From a virus: 64,000 bases of DNA. The notes below the pieces were generated by a model that saw nothing but the letters and a program-made list of their open reading frames with translations, was not told where the DNA came from and did not search any database. This document shows positions 9,210 through 19,349 of the stretch, one piece after another (within the stretch, counting starts at the first letter, position 1; the number at the start of each line of letters is the position of its first letter). The position numbers were made by a program, and so were the translations under genes. The DNA is taken from IMG/VR virus record IMGVR_UViG_3300042863_001519, positions 1 to 64,000 of that record. One strand, given 5' to 3'.

Positions 9210-12200
9210 ATGGCAAGTTGTCCTAATATAAATTCTCCAGAGTTTAAAGCACTGGAATCTGTACACGGAAGAGAAAAATCGACTCTTCTGTTTCATATGA
9301 ACAACGAAGTAGTACCTACAGTAGAGCAAGCTGCTAAACTGTTAGGTATACAGGGTATAAAAAACTTACCTCCTCTTTCTAATAAAGAGCTATATTATCA
9401 ATTAGGTACTTCTGAAATAGAACAAGCCAATAAAGAACTTGATCAGTTTCTTTTAGACTACCTAAAACCATTTGGTATTAAAGTAAAAGATATAGAAGAA
9501 CTAAAGAAAAGGTTTAATGTAAAAGATGCATTAGGTGTAGCAGATGTTCTGAATAAGGTTATCTATCTATCTAAGGGTAACAGAAGGATAGATACTATGG
9601 CTGAAGAAGCTGCCCACATGATTACCATGTTAATGGGTAGAGATCATCCTTTATTTCAACAACTCTTTAATAATATTGAAAGGCACTCAAGCTTTAATGA
9701 GGTGTATAGAGAGTACATGCCTATATACAATAATCTAGAACAGGTAAAAAAAGAAGCTGTTGACAAGTTAATAGCAGAGGCTATTGTTAATGGATGGAAA
9801 GTAAAAGGAACCAAAGAAGAAAAGAATTTACTACAGAAGTTTATTGATGCTATCAAACAATGGTGGGATAGTTTTATTAATAAAAACGAAACTTTTAGTC
9901 AATATACAGCAAACAAAAAGATAAGTCCTACTGCAGCTATTATAGCTGAAAAAATACTTAGTGGAGACACTTCTCTTATTAACAAAGTTGAGGGAAAAGA
10001 AAAATTAGATTACATTAAAGCATTATCAGGTAATAAACATGCCAAAAATACTATAAATCTTTTTACTGATTATTTTGGCTTTAGGCTTACTGGTTCATTG
10101 GCAATAGCTGCTCAGGGTGAGACTATAAACCGTCCCTCAGAATCTCCTATACATGATCTTGATTTTGTAGTGTCAAAAGATTTTGATATAAAAAAGATGG
10201 ATGAATATATGAGAAACATGGGTGCTATACCTACTCACAGTGGCATCTTTACTAAAACCTCAAGAGGAGATGTCTCATCTACATATGCCTATCTAGTACC
10301 TGCAGAGGGATATACAGTAGAAGCAGCACATAGGACAACATCTAAATATTGGACAGAGTTTGCTGATGAAGTTATACTAAGAGATAGTAATAATAAAGAA
10401 ATATTTCGTGGCAAATGGGATAAAGCTCCAGCTGATAAACTACTTAATGTTGATTTCTTTGATAACTCTGAAAAGAATAAAGAAGCTGCTGGTAAATATA
10501 AAAGCTGGCAGGATATCTATTTTGGCAAGATGACACTTAGCAATCTTGGAGACAAAGCAAGAATGTTTCCTAGAGCAAAAGATCAAACAGATTATATTGA
10601 AAGTAATCCTGTACAAAGAGATAATATTAGACCAGAGTTTTTTTACTATCAATTATCATCAAAAGAAGAACGACCTGCTGAAAAGAAACTTGATCAACAA
10701 CTTACAGATTTTCTTACTAAACTAGGAATATCTGTAGAAAGAGTCAAGGAGATTATGACCAGTAAAGGTATAAGTGCTGCTGCAATGACCGATACTATCA
10801 ATAAGATTATTAAAATAGCAGATGGTAAAGCAGGTATAGATACATTACCAGAAGAGGTTGCTCACATTTTTCTTGATATGTTGCCGGCTAACTCTACTCT
10901 TCTTAGAGATATCTTAAAGGATGTAAGGACAAGAGACATCTATAGAAAAGTAATGGATAAGTATGGTGACTTGGATGAGTATAAAAATGAGGACGGTACT
11001 GTTAATGAAGATAAGATTGCTAGAGAAGCTGCAGGTCAATTAGTTGCAGATGCAATAGTTGGTGAGTTTGAAGATAGTAAAATAAAGAGTTTTTGGAAAA
11101 GGATATGGGATTATATTAAACAGTTGTTTAAAGGTAAAGAACTACTTACTCCCTACAAACAGATAGCAAAAGAGATTCTAAAAGGTGAAATAGCTAATCT
11201 GCAACCTACATTAGGAGGTAAAGGAATTTACTATCAGTTAAAAGAAGAAGAAGAACAATTAATAAGAAATGCAATTAAAAAAGCAAATCCTATACAAGTT
11301 AAAGTAATTGAAGAAGTTTATTTCAAGCCTCACAATAGATATTATCTTGATGAAAAAATTGAAATTGATAAAAAAACTGGCATTGTTAAAAAAATTCGCA
11401 TTTATAAAGACAGTGCCGGTGATTCTTATACATCTTTAACAACTGCAATGGGAGTTGATTTTCCTGAAGATCGCAAAGATGAGTTTGAAGCAAACAGAGA
11501 TTGGGGTAATGATGTTGACCAGATAATGCAAGATATCTGTTTAAGAAAGAAATTTAATGACATTAAAACAAAGGTTTTATCTGAAGAAGTAAAAGCTGAG
11601 GTTTATTCAATTCTTTCAGAATACTATGGTGAACTTAGTGCAGGTAATTGCATTGTGTTGCCCCAAGTAATAGTAGCAGATGAACAAACAAAAGTTGCTG
11701 GTACAATTGACTTATTAGTTATTGATCCTTATGGTAACATGAGAGTAATTGATATCAAGTCTTCATGGAACAGACATAAGAGTTCATCATCTACTACCCC
11801 ACATGCTCTAAAATCTAGCAGTAGAATTTTAGAAAACACTGCAAATACACCAAAGCCTATAACTAAAATTACAAAATTACAACAACACGGTGCCCAGGTA
11901 GGCTCCTATGCAAAAATGTTACAGCTACAAGGTTGGTATGTAAACCCTATAAATGGGCTTGCAACAAAACATATTTACCTTAAAAGAAAAACAATAAAGG
12001 ATGCAGAAGGTAACGAATCTACTATTATACAATCTGCTGAAGAAGATGGTGAAGATGTACGTAAACCATCTGATAACTATACTTTGATACAAGCATTAGT
12101 ACCTACTCCTCTTACTAATAAGGATAGGTTACAAGAAATTAATGATGAGTTTGGAATAGGTAATCCTATCAGACAATCACAAAAGCAAGACCCTGCAAAA

Positions 12201-15200
12201 GCTATTATACCAAAAGATATTGAAGAGAAACTTGATGAAAAGTTTAATGAAATAAATGAAGGTATTCGTAAGTTTTCAGAAGAACTTGAAGAGCTAAAAC
12301 ATAAATCAGGTGGACGATGGGTAAAAGATGCAACCGGTACATTAGTAAAAACTGCTAAGTTTAAAGCAAGAGAAGATACTGTTGAAAGAGTAGATAAACT
12401 ATATGAAGAACTTTCAACAGCACTTAGCCATGAAAGCAGAACTGTAGCATATGGCAAGTTTCTGGACTTTATGGAACAACAATTAAACAATATTGGTAAA
12501 TTTCTTACAGATAAAGATGCAAAAGGAGAGTTTCCAAAAAACATTGACAATATAGATTATCTAAACATTGCTCTATTAGCTCAAAAGTTTATCTCATCTT
12601 TTAATGGTATACTTAATCTTAATGTTTTTGGTACTGCAGAACAAGCAATAAAACTATCTCAGGTAGTGCAAATGCTTAATGATACTAATGGATATATTGC
12701 TGTTGCAATTAAGCAATACAATATGCGGTGGACAAGTGAGACTACAAGCCGAAAAAACCTGACAAAAGAAAATCTTGAAGCATACGTTACAAAAGATAGA
12801 GATGTAACCAATAACGAAGCAATGTTTGGTACATTAGGTAATAGTGGTGTGTTTATTATTGAGAATGCAGACAAAAAGATTAAAGCAAGGTTTCTTGCAG
12901 CTAAAGAAATAGCTGAAGAAATGATTAATAAGTTTGTGTTACCTGCATCAGAAAAATTAAGAGTTGCAAATGGAGGCAAGATAACTGCTAATATGTATGA
13001 CTTTATGATGAGAAAAGATCGTGAAGGTAAACGCATGGGCCAGATTGTGTCTCAAGTAGGAAGAGTGTATAGAGAAAAGCAAGACAAGATTTATAGTCAA
13101 CTTACTGATATTGAAGGTCATGTATATAACTACAAAGAGATAAATGACTTAGATGCAGCTACACAGGAAGATATTCAATACAATATTGATCTTTACTATA
13201 AAAAAGAAGCAAAGAGAAAGTTTGATAGTGCTGAAGAGTTCGATGAAGATGGTAATACATCTTCTGGAGAATACCATAAATACTCTGATGAGTTTCTAGC
13301 AGAAAGAGAAAAGTACATGTATAAAGAACCTGTAGGAGGTACTCTTAAAAAGATAAACGGTAAATGGAAAAAAGTAGATGTAACTTGGAGATGGGAGTTT
13401 TATGCAGGTAAAACTCCCGAAGCTGAAGCAGAAATCATTGCTTTTAAAAGAAAATACTTTAGAGAAATTCCTAACTATTTAAGTGCAGAATTTGTAAAAG
13501 GTAAACCTACAGGTATAGTAACTGAAAAGTTTAGTTTATGGGTACCCAAAGCTGATTACGTAGAGGTAAGAGATACAGTAAAATCAACTGGTGAAGTTAT
13601 TGCAGATAAAGGTTACTATGAACTGATGAACCCTACTACAGAATTAGGTAGAGCTCAAAAAGAGTATTATATGATGTATGTAGATACCATGTTAAAGGTT
13701 CAAGACATGTTACCTACAGATGCTGCAGAAATATTTAAAAGAGGTGGTATACCCTCACTTGGTGCAAATTGGGTACAGAAGATAGGTAACGGTGATGTTA
13801 ATGCAGGTGTTCTTATGGCTAATGCAATAAAAGCATCTTTTCAAACTCCGGTTGCAATGGGTAAAGATGTTGCTGCAAACTCTGGATCTGCAAGACAAAA
13901 AATACCACTTCTTTACGTTAGCCCACTTCAATCTCAATTGCAGATAGATAAAATAACTGCTGAAATAAATGAACTTGAAAGTAAAAAATCAAAACTTTCA
14001 GAAGTTGAATACGTAAAACAAAAGAAATATCTTGACAATTTAATGAAGAGGGAAAAAGGAAAAATGAAAGCTAATGATTTGCATCCTGACCTCTCTATTG
14101 GACTAGTTGAAATACTTAAAGCTGCTACTCAATTTCAAGCCAAATCAGATATTGAAAGTGATCTTCAGGCGGTAAATACTCAGTTGTTAAACATGGAGTT
14201 TGAGCAAGAAGTTACTACATTTGGAGTAATTACAGGTAAAAAAACAGTAAGTGGTATACAGTCAAATGCTTATAAGAGATTTAACGGATGGTTAAATATG
14301 TGTTTTTACAACGATCCTCTTATGGATAAGAGTACTGCAGATAAAATAGTTAAAAAGCTGATGAGTTATACATCTGCTCTTGGTGTATCATTTAACCCTA
14401 TGGGATGGGTAAACAACTCAATTACAGGTACTTTGGGTAACTTTGTTGACAGTCTTGGTGATGATTTCTACAATGCATCTGCAATGAGAAGAATGACTAC
14501 TGTTGAGTTTCCAAAAGCAATGGTTGGTTATATGCGATCAATGATGGAACACAAAGTAAAAGGTTCTACTTATGAAAAAAAGAAAGCCGGTTCAAAGTAT
14601 GAGTGGCTTTGTGACTTTTTTAATGCTATACAAAAAAATGATGATGATGTTCGTGGTGATATAAACTGGCTTGCCAAAGTAGGTGGTTACTCAGGTATGG
14701 AAGCAGGTGAATACATGATGCAATCTAAAGTTGCTAATTCAATTCTTGCATCTATTCCTATAAAAGGTTCTATAACAGATCCTGTTACAGGAAAAGTAAC
14801 TGAACTTGATGAAATAATGCTTTATGATGCTTATGAATTTGATGAAGCTACTGGTCAGGGTAAACTAAAAAAAGGCTATGAACTTTCAGATAAAGAACGA
14901 TACGATATTACTAACCGTATCCGGGAAACAATTGATCGCATACATGGTAACTACACCCCTATCAATAAAACAATGTTTGAAAGGGAATGGTGGGGCAAGT
15001 TAATGATGCAGTTTCACAAATGGGTATACCCTAACCTTAAATCAAGAATACAAAGAGGTAAATACGATGAGAACCTTGGTGGTGGCATGGACATTGAAGG
15101 TAGATACAGAACTGTATGGGGCTTTGTAACAAAATTAAACAGTCTTGCAGATTTTACTTCTGGAGATGCTTGGGGCCGTTTAACAAAGCATCAAAAAAGC

Positions 15201-15632
15201 AATGTAAAGAAAAGTCTTGCAGATGCAGCAATACTCTGTGTATTATTTGCTACTGCTCACGTTTTAGCAATGATTGCAGATGATGTACCAGACGATGACC
15301 CTGACATGAAAAGATGGGTACACTGGTTACAATTACAAAATGACAGATCAATTGCAGAGATAGGGTTATTTGTACCCCCTTTAGGTTTTGTAGAAGGGTA
15401 CAAATTATTTAAAAACCCTATACCTGCAGCAAGTCTTGTAAGGGAATTTGCAGAATTGTTACAAGCAAGTTATCAATATCCTTTCTTGGATGATGAGCAT
15501 AGATATTACCAGAGAGGACCTTATGAAGGAACGTCTCACCTTGCTAAAGAATCAAGAGACATGTTGCCTATTTTTAGACAATATGATAGAATCAGATCTT
15601 TAATAAACAATAATAAACTGTTTATAAAATAA
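9210..15632 (+). CDS. Giant multidomain virion (likely ejected) protein: two degenerate zincin-like repeats, Pol-beta nucleotidyltransferase, PD-(D/E)xK nuclease, hydrophobic C-terminal region
   Basis: TMAEEAAH and TLPEEVAH repeats; LTGSLA...IHDLDFVV...NVDFF NTase motifs; VAGTIDLL...IDIKSS nuclease motif; lies directly after the vRNAP, as in crAss-like phages. Confidence 0.75.
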   Translation: MASCPNINSPEFKALESVHGREKSTLLFHMNNEVVPTVEQAAKLLGIQGIKNLPPLSNKELYYQLGTSEIEQANKELDQFLLDYLKPFGIKVKDIEELKKRFNVKDALGVADVLNKVIYLSKGNRRIDTMAEEAAHMITMLMGRDHPLFQQLFNNIERHSSFNEVYREYMPIYNNLEQVKKEAVDKLIAEAIVNGWKVKGTKEEKNLLQKFIDAIKQWWDSFINKNETFSQYTANKKISPTAAIIAEKILSGDTSLINKVEGKEKLDYIKALSGNKHAKNTINLFTDYFGFRLTGSLAIAAQGETINRPSESPIHDLDFVVSKDFDIKKMDEYMRNMGAIPTHSGIFTKTSRGDVSSTYAYLVPAEGYTVEAAHRTTSKYWTEFADEVILRDSNNKEIFRGKWDKAPADKLLNVDFFDNSEKNKEAAGKYKSWQDIYFGKMTLSNLGDKARMFPRAKDQTDYIESNPVQRDNIRPEFFYYQLSSKEERPAEKKLDQQLTDFLTKLGISVERVKEIMTSKGISAAAMTDTINKIIKIADGKAGIDTLPEEVAHIFLDMLPANSTLLRDILKDVRTRDIYRKVMDKYGDLDEYKNEDGTVNEDKIAREAAGQLVADAIVGEFEDSKIKSFWKRIWDYIKQLFKGKELLTPYKQIAKEILKGEIANLQPTLGGKGIYYQLKEEEEQLIRNAIKKANPIQVKVIEEVYFKPHNRYYLDEKIEIDKKTGIVKKIRIYKDSAGDSYTSLTTAMGVDFPEDRKDEFEANRDWGNDVDQIMQDICLRKKFNDIKTKVLSEEVKAEVYSILSEYYGELSAGNCIVLPQVIVADEQTKVAGTIDLLVIDPYGNMRVIDIKSSWNRHKSSSSTTPHALKSSSRILENTANTPKPITKITKLQQHGAQVGSYAKMLQLQGWYVNPINGLATKHIYLKRKTIKDAEGNESTIIQSAEEDGEDVRKPSDNYTLIQALVPTPLTNKDRLQEINDEFGIGNPIRQSQKQDPAKAIIPKDIEEKLDEKFNEINEGIRKFSEELEELKHKSGGRWVKDATGTLVKTAKFKAREDTVERVDKLYEELSTALSHESRTVAYGKFLDFMEQQLNNIGKFLTDKDAKGEFPKNIDNIDYLNIALLAQKFISSFNGILNLNVFGTAEQAIKLSQVVQMLNDTNGYIAVAIKQYNMRWTSETTSRKNLTKENLEAYVTKDRDVTNNEAMFGTLGNSGVFIIENADKKIKARFLAAKEIAEEMINKFVLPASEKLRVANGGKITANMYDFMMRKDREGKRMGQIVSQVGRVYREKQDKIYSQLTDIEGHVYNYKEINDLDAATQEDIQYNIDLYYKKEAKRKFDSAEEFDEDGNTSSGEYHKYSDEFLAEREKYMYKEPVGGTLKKINGKWKKVDVTWRWEFYAGKTPEAEAEIIAFKRKYFREIPNYLSAEFVKGKPTGIVTEKFSLWVPKADYVEVRDTVKSTGEVIADKGYYELMNPTTELGRAQKEYYMMYVDTMLKVQDMLPTDAAEIFKRGGIPSLGANWVQKIGNGDVNAGVLMANAIKASFQTPVAMGKDVAANSGSARQKIPLLYVSPLQSQLQIDKITAEINELESKKSKLSEVEYVKQKKYLDNLMKREKGKMKANDLHPDLSIGLVEILKAATQFQAKSDIESDLQAVNTQLLNMEFEQEVTTFGVITGKKTVSGIQSNAYKRFNGWLNMCFYNDPLMDKSTADKIVKKLMSYTSALGVSFNPMGWVNNSITGTLGNFVDSLGDDFYNASAMRRMTTVEFPKAMVGYMRSMMEHKVKGSTYEKKKAGSKYEWLCDFFNAIQKNDDDVRGDINWLAKVGGYSGMEAGEYMMQSKVANSILASIPIKGSITDPVTGKVTELDEIMLYDAYEFDEATGQGKLKKGYELSDKERYDITNRIRETIDRIHGNYTPINKTMFEREWWGKLMMQFHKWVYPNLKSRIQRGKYDENLGGGMDIEGRYRTVWGFVTKLNSLADFTSGDAWGRLTKHQKSNVKKSLADAAILCVLFATAHVLAMIADDVPDDDPDMKRWVHWLQLQNDRSIAEIGLFVPPLGFVEGYKLFKNPIPAASLVREFAELLQASYQYPFLDDEHRYYQRGPYEGTSHLAKESRDMLPIFRQYDRIRSLINNNKLFIK

Positions 15633-16041
15633 TTAAGGTGTCAATTTCACCTTTTGGTTTAAATTTTTCATTTGGATAATAGTCTTGGTATCTATAAACA
15701 GCTCTGCCAAGACTATCTCTATAAACTTTTGTTTTATCCTCATTCCAAAACAGAAACTTTTCTGGTTCTGTTGGTATTACAGGAGTTATTTGTTCTGTAA
15801 TACGGATGTTGCCAGTTAATCTTTGACCGCTTTTATATTCCATAAAAAGCATTGTATCAAAATCACTTGTCATACTAAAACTTTTTATAGAGTTTGATAA
15901 AGGTTGCCCTTTATCTTTCCATACTTCCATTTGTTGAATTTCTATAGATAATTCTCCGTTTTCATTAACATAAAGAACTCCATCATAATTATGTGCAACA
16001 ACATGCACTACTCCTCTGTTTATATTTCTTTCTTTTACCAT
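15622..16041 (-). CDS. Hypothetical protein, apparent paralog of 60422..61021
   Basis: YKSGQRLTGNIRITEQITP resembles YEVGQILPGRIAIEETLEP; upstream TAAATTTG element. Confidence 0.65.
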   Translation of the reverse strand: MVKERNINRGVVHVVAHNYDGVLYVNENGELSIEIQQMEVWKDKGQPLSNSIKSFSMTSDFDTMLFMEYKSGQRLTGNIRITEQITPVIPTEPEKFLFWNEDKTKVYRDSLGRAVYRYQDYYPNEKFKPKGEIDTLIIL

Positions 16042-16180
16042 ATTCTAATTTTAAAAATTCAGGTTTACAAATTTACGAGTTACACATAAAATGTGCAACT
16101 CTTTTACCGTATTTATTTTATTTTCATTTGCTAAAGTCTTGGTTTTTTTGTATATTAATAATGAGGTAAAACAACTAATT

Positions 16181-16504
16181 ATGAGCACAAGAATAAATAA
16201 CACTTGTCTGTATTACTTTGTACACTTGGATGCAGATGAGAATCCTATTCCTGGTACAATGTATGGCAAGAACAACAACAAGATTGATACTGGTTACAAA
16301 TGTAGGCAAGCTCGTCTTACAGGGGAAGTAATGACTGTTCCTGAAGGATCTGTACAATGCATAGGACCTCTTCGTTACTGGTATCAATTAGATCAGCAAG
16401 GTGACATACGCCCTAACTCTATGATTGCCGTACAGGGGGTTCCTAAAGGTCAAGCTGGCCGTTCTTGTCAGTATATTGAATACAAAGTAATTAAACCGGT
16501 GTAA
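16181..16504 (+). CDS. Small hypothetical protein with internal two-fold repeat, first gene of the lysis unit
   Basis: Likely start MSTRINN at 16181; YYFVHLDADENPIPGTM versus YWYQLDQQGDIRPNSM. Confidence 0.65.
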   Translation: MSTRINNTCLYYFVHLDADENPIPGTMYGKNNNKIDTGYKCRQARLTGEVMTVPEGSVQCIGPLRYWYQLDQQGDIRPNSMIAVQGVPKGQAGRSCQYIEYKVIKPV

Positions 16505-16505
16505 C

Positions 16506-16688
16506 ATGATGAGCAATTATTATAAAAATACTCCTGCCAAATGGCGTAAGATAGGTGATGCTTTACTTGCAGTAAGTACCACTATTACAGGTTTTGCTAT
16601 TTATGAACAATCAAAATGGGTAGCTTTATCTGCATTAATTTTAGGAGTACTTGGTAAATTTTTAACTAATTTCTTTACTGAAGAGTAA
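16506..16688 (+). CDS. Putative holin
   Basis: 60 aa, two hydrophobic segments, Met-Met start, immediately upstream of the lysozyme. Confidence 0.7.
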   Translation: MMSNYYKNTPAKWRKIGDALLAVSTTITGFAIYEQSKWVALSALILGVLGKFLTNFFTEE

Positions 16689-16710
16689 GAGTAATAGTAA
16701 ATAGAAAATA

Positions 16711-17238
16711 ATGGAAGTAACAAGCAATGGTATTTTAATGACAGCTCTCTTTGAAGGTTTTTCAGCAAAGCCTTATAAGTGCCCTGCCGGTGTGTGGACC
16801 ATAGGATATGGTTCTACTTTTTATGAAAATGGTACCAAAGTAACACCAAAGGATCCTGCCATCTCTGTAGATAGGGCAACAAGCCTGCTTTCTTACCATA
16901 TGCGACACTTTGCACAAACAGTTGACTCATACACTACTGATGCTATCAAAGCCCATCAATTTGATGCTTTGGTAGATTTTGCATACAATGCAGGATTAGC
17001 TGCACTAAAGTCATCTACCTTACTCAGAAAGGTAAATGCAAAGCCTAACGACCCTACTATCAGTACAGAGTTTGCAAAATGGATATACGGAGGAGATGGT
17101 TCTCGTAACAAGAAAGATGACGATGGTGACGGTCTTATAGATGAAGCTGGAGAAAAACAACGTCTGAACGGTCTTGTAAAAAGAAGAACTGCAGAAGCAC
17201 TTCTTTACACTAAAGGTATTTACACTACCATTCTATAA
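16711..17238 (+). CDS. Endolysin, GH24 phage lysozyme family
   Basis: FEGF...YKCPAGVWTIGYG, QFDALVDFAYNAG and GLVKRRTAE motifs. Confidence 0.95.
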   Translation: MEVTSNGILMTALFEGFSAKPYKCPAGVWTIGYGSTFYENGTKVTPKDPAISVDRATSLLSYHMRHFAQTVDSYTTDAIKAHQFDALVDFAYNAGLAALKSSTLLRKVNAKPNDPTISTEFAKWIYGGDGSRNKKDDDGDGLIDEAGEKQRLNGLVKRRTAEALLYTKGIYTTIL

Positions 17239-17863
17239 TAGGTTTATTGTAAGAACTAAGTATTGAGTTAATCCAAGCTCCCCAATTGTTATCCTGTATA
17301 GGAAACTTTAGTTCTATTTTTTTGATATAGCTGGAATCAATATCTTCCTCATATTTCCACGTATCTGATCCAAGAAGCACCCAAGGAATATTTGGGTGTT
17401 TTTTGTTTATTGTCTCAAGCATTCTCATAATAAAAGGCTCCCAAAGTTTTTTATGTGCTTTACCTTCTATTCTACTGGTAAGAGATAAAGGTAACATTAG
17501 GATACCTTGTTCTGTCCAATGATCTATTATTCTTGTAGTACGACCAGAACTTTTTACAATGTTTAGTTGTATTGGGTCTATTATTTTATTTGGGGAGTTT
17601 AACACTATACCATCTGAATACTCCAATCTATTAGGAGTATAGTCAATTAGCAATACTGTTTTTACTTTACTGCAGGAAACTTCTTCCATAAATCGAAATG
17701 CTTTCCCTAAACTTGGGCAGAATCTCTGATTGTCTACTTCAACTTTCTTCTTTAACTCGGTAATAATATCAGAAAAATCAGAAGATTCTAAAAATATTCT
17801 AAGCTCATCATACCAACCACTACTCTTCAACTTCTCATTTATCTTTGTTACAATTTCCTGCAT
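17225..17863 (-). CDS. Degenerate uracil-DNA glycosylase-like protein
   Basis: UDG-fold landmarks (SGWY, KVKTVLL, WTEQGILML..SLT, HKKLWEPF) but no GQDPY or HPSP catalytic motifs. Confidence 0.7.
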   Translation of the reverse strand: MQEIVTKINEKLKSSGWYDELRIFLESSDFSDIITELKKKVEVDNQRFCPSLGKAFRFMEEVSCSKVKTVLLIDYTPNRLEYSDGIVLNSPNKIIDPIQLNIVKSSGRTTRIIDHWTEQGILMLPLSLTSRIEGKAHKKLWEPFIMRMLETINKKHPNIPWVLLGSDTWKYEEDIDSSYIKKIELKFPIQDNNWGAWINSILSSYNKPIIEW

Positions 17864-17906
17864 TGATTTTATTTTACTACTTTTGTATTACAAAGCTAAA
17901 TACTAT

Positions 17907-18212
17907 ATGTCGGATAACCAACAAGATATGCAAATTCCTCACCTCAAAGCTACTGCAATTATTGCTGTACAGATAGGAACAGGTTTTGTACAAAGATTGC
18001 AAGAGCTAATGATATTCCTTATGGAAGGAAGAGAAGAAGAGATTAAAGCTCTTGAAATAAAAAAACCAGGTGAAGATATGACTCCTTGGGAAAATTCTGT
18101 AGTTACTGTAACGATGATTCTACAAGATATCATGAAGAATGCAAAAGATACAGATCAACTTGAGTATAAATCATTAAGCTCTATGCTTCCCAGTAGTCCT
18201 GATCAACATTAA
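17907..18212 (+). CDS. Hypothetical protein
   Basis: Likely start MSDNQQ at 17907, preceded by TACTTTTG at 17878-17885. Confidence 0.65.
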   Translation: MSDNQQDMQIPHLKATAIIAVQIGTGFVQRLQELMIFLMEGREEEIKALEIKKPGEDMTPWENSVVTVTMILQDIMKNAKDTDQLEYKSLSSMLPSSPDQH

Positions 18213-18468
18213 GATCAGCCTCTATTATTACTTCATCTTCTTCATATTCTTCCTCCTCTAACTCTTCAACTTGTTCTGGAGTAAGGATAACACCATTGGT
18301 TTGTGCAAACGATTCGTAAAAAGGATTTGATATTTGTGCACCACTGCCTTCAACACATATTTCTTGTAAACGAGTATCCGTAACAGCAAGAAACATCCAT
18401 ATAGGAATGTCAATTACTCGTTGATCACAAGGACAGTTGTACAACATACATTTAAAAGGTGTAATCAA
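18181..18468 (-). CDS. Hypothetical protein with acidic tail (start uncertain)
   Basis: ORF with Glu-rich C-terminus. Confidence 0.5.
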   Translation of the reverse strand: MITPFKCMLYNCPCDQRVIDIPIWMFLAVTDTRLQEICVEGSGAQISNPFYESFAQTNGVILTPEQVEELEEEEYEEDEVIIEADLNVDQDYWEA

Positions 18469-18529
18469 AGTTAACCTATCACACTTTAAAGGTGTAATAG
18501 GTTTCTTTGAATTATTGCACTCTTAGCTA

Positions 18530-18928
18530 TTATGTTACATCAAACATCTTTTTTGCATTTTCAATTGCTTTTTGATGCAGCTCTTCTGGGTAACCGTTCC
18601 CCTTTTTTGTATGACAATCAAAACACACAAGAAAAAGATTGTCCATTTCAAACTTGAGATGTTCATACCTTTCTCTTCCATGTTCTAGTAAGTGATCATG
18701 ATAGATGCTTTTGTTTTCTCCGAATAATTTACAGTTACAACTTTGGCAGATGTGAGGTTTTATTCTCCAATGTTCTTCAAACAATTGCCATAATTTTTCA
18801 CCTTCTTCTTTTCGGTCTATAAGATGCTTTCTATCAGATATTTTACGTTTAATCATACCACCTTTTTTAAGTGGTGTAAATTTAAGAGTTCCTGGCTTTC
18901 TTTTTAATGGTACTTTTTTCATTGCCAT
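18530..18928 (-). CDS. HNH endonuclease (zinc-binding, NinG-like)
   Basis: CQSC...HDH...NLFLVCFDCH. Confidence 0.8.
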   Translation of the reverse strand: MAMKKVPLKRKPGTLKFTPLKKGGMIKRKISDRKHLIDRKEEGEKLWQLFEEHWRIKPHICQSCNCKLFGENKSIYHDHLLEHGRERYEHLKFEMDNLFLVCFDCHTKKGNGYPEELHQKAIENAKKMFDVT

Positions 18929-19349
18929 ATTGCATAAACCTTTGACTTTTCTTTGTTTTTGTTTCAGGTATAGTAATTGTAAGGAGTTTAAAATCTTCCA
19001 CTACTATACTATACTGATCTAAAGGATACTTTCCATTGCCCAAAGTTTTTATCATGTTTTCAAACTGAGGTGTCAGTACATGTTTTCTTATCTCTTGTTC
19101 TGTTGCCGGACCAACTCTTTCATGGTATCTTTCAATAAAGTGTGTAGTTAAATAGATCTCTCTAGCATTCAACCTTTCCAACTTGTCTTCTATTGCATTT
19201 AATTGTTGGTTGTGTTTTTTCAAATTAGAAACAACCTCTTTCTCTACACCTTTCCAGTAACTGATCTTTTCTTCATGTTTCTTCTTTTGGGCATATAGCC
19301 CTCTTATTATACTCTCCTTCTTCACCTTTTCAACACTCTCTAGCTCCAT
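18882..19349 (-). CDS. Hypothetical protein (coiled coil plus THFIERYHERV domain)
   Basis: Translationally coupled to recA. Confidence 0.7.
   Translation of the reverse strand: MELESVEKVKKESIIRGLYAQKKKHEEKISYWKGVEKEVVSNLKKHNQQLNAIEDKLERLNAREIYLTTHFIERYHERVGPATEQEIRKHVLTPQFENMIKTLGNGKYPLDQYSIVVEDFKLLTITIPETKTKKSQRFMQYGNEKSTIKKKARNS

Noticed and set aside
475-13937. Many 60-160 aa antisense or alternate-frame ORFs inside the giant genes, and their + strand equivalents across 19-62 kb
   Set aside because: Shadow ORFs with S/F/L-rich composition mirroring the real coding strand; no motifs.
18451-18498. Short direct repeat AAAGGTGTAAT (two copies)
   Set aside because: Only 11 bp in AT-rich DNA with no further copies; too weak to call an operator.
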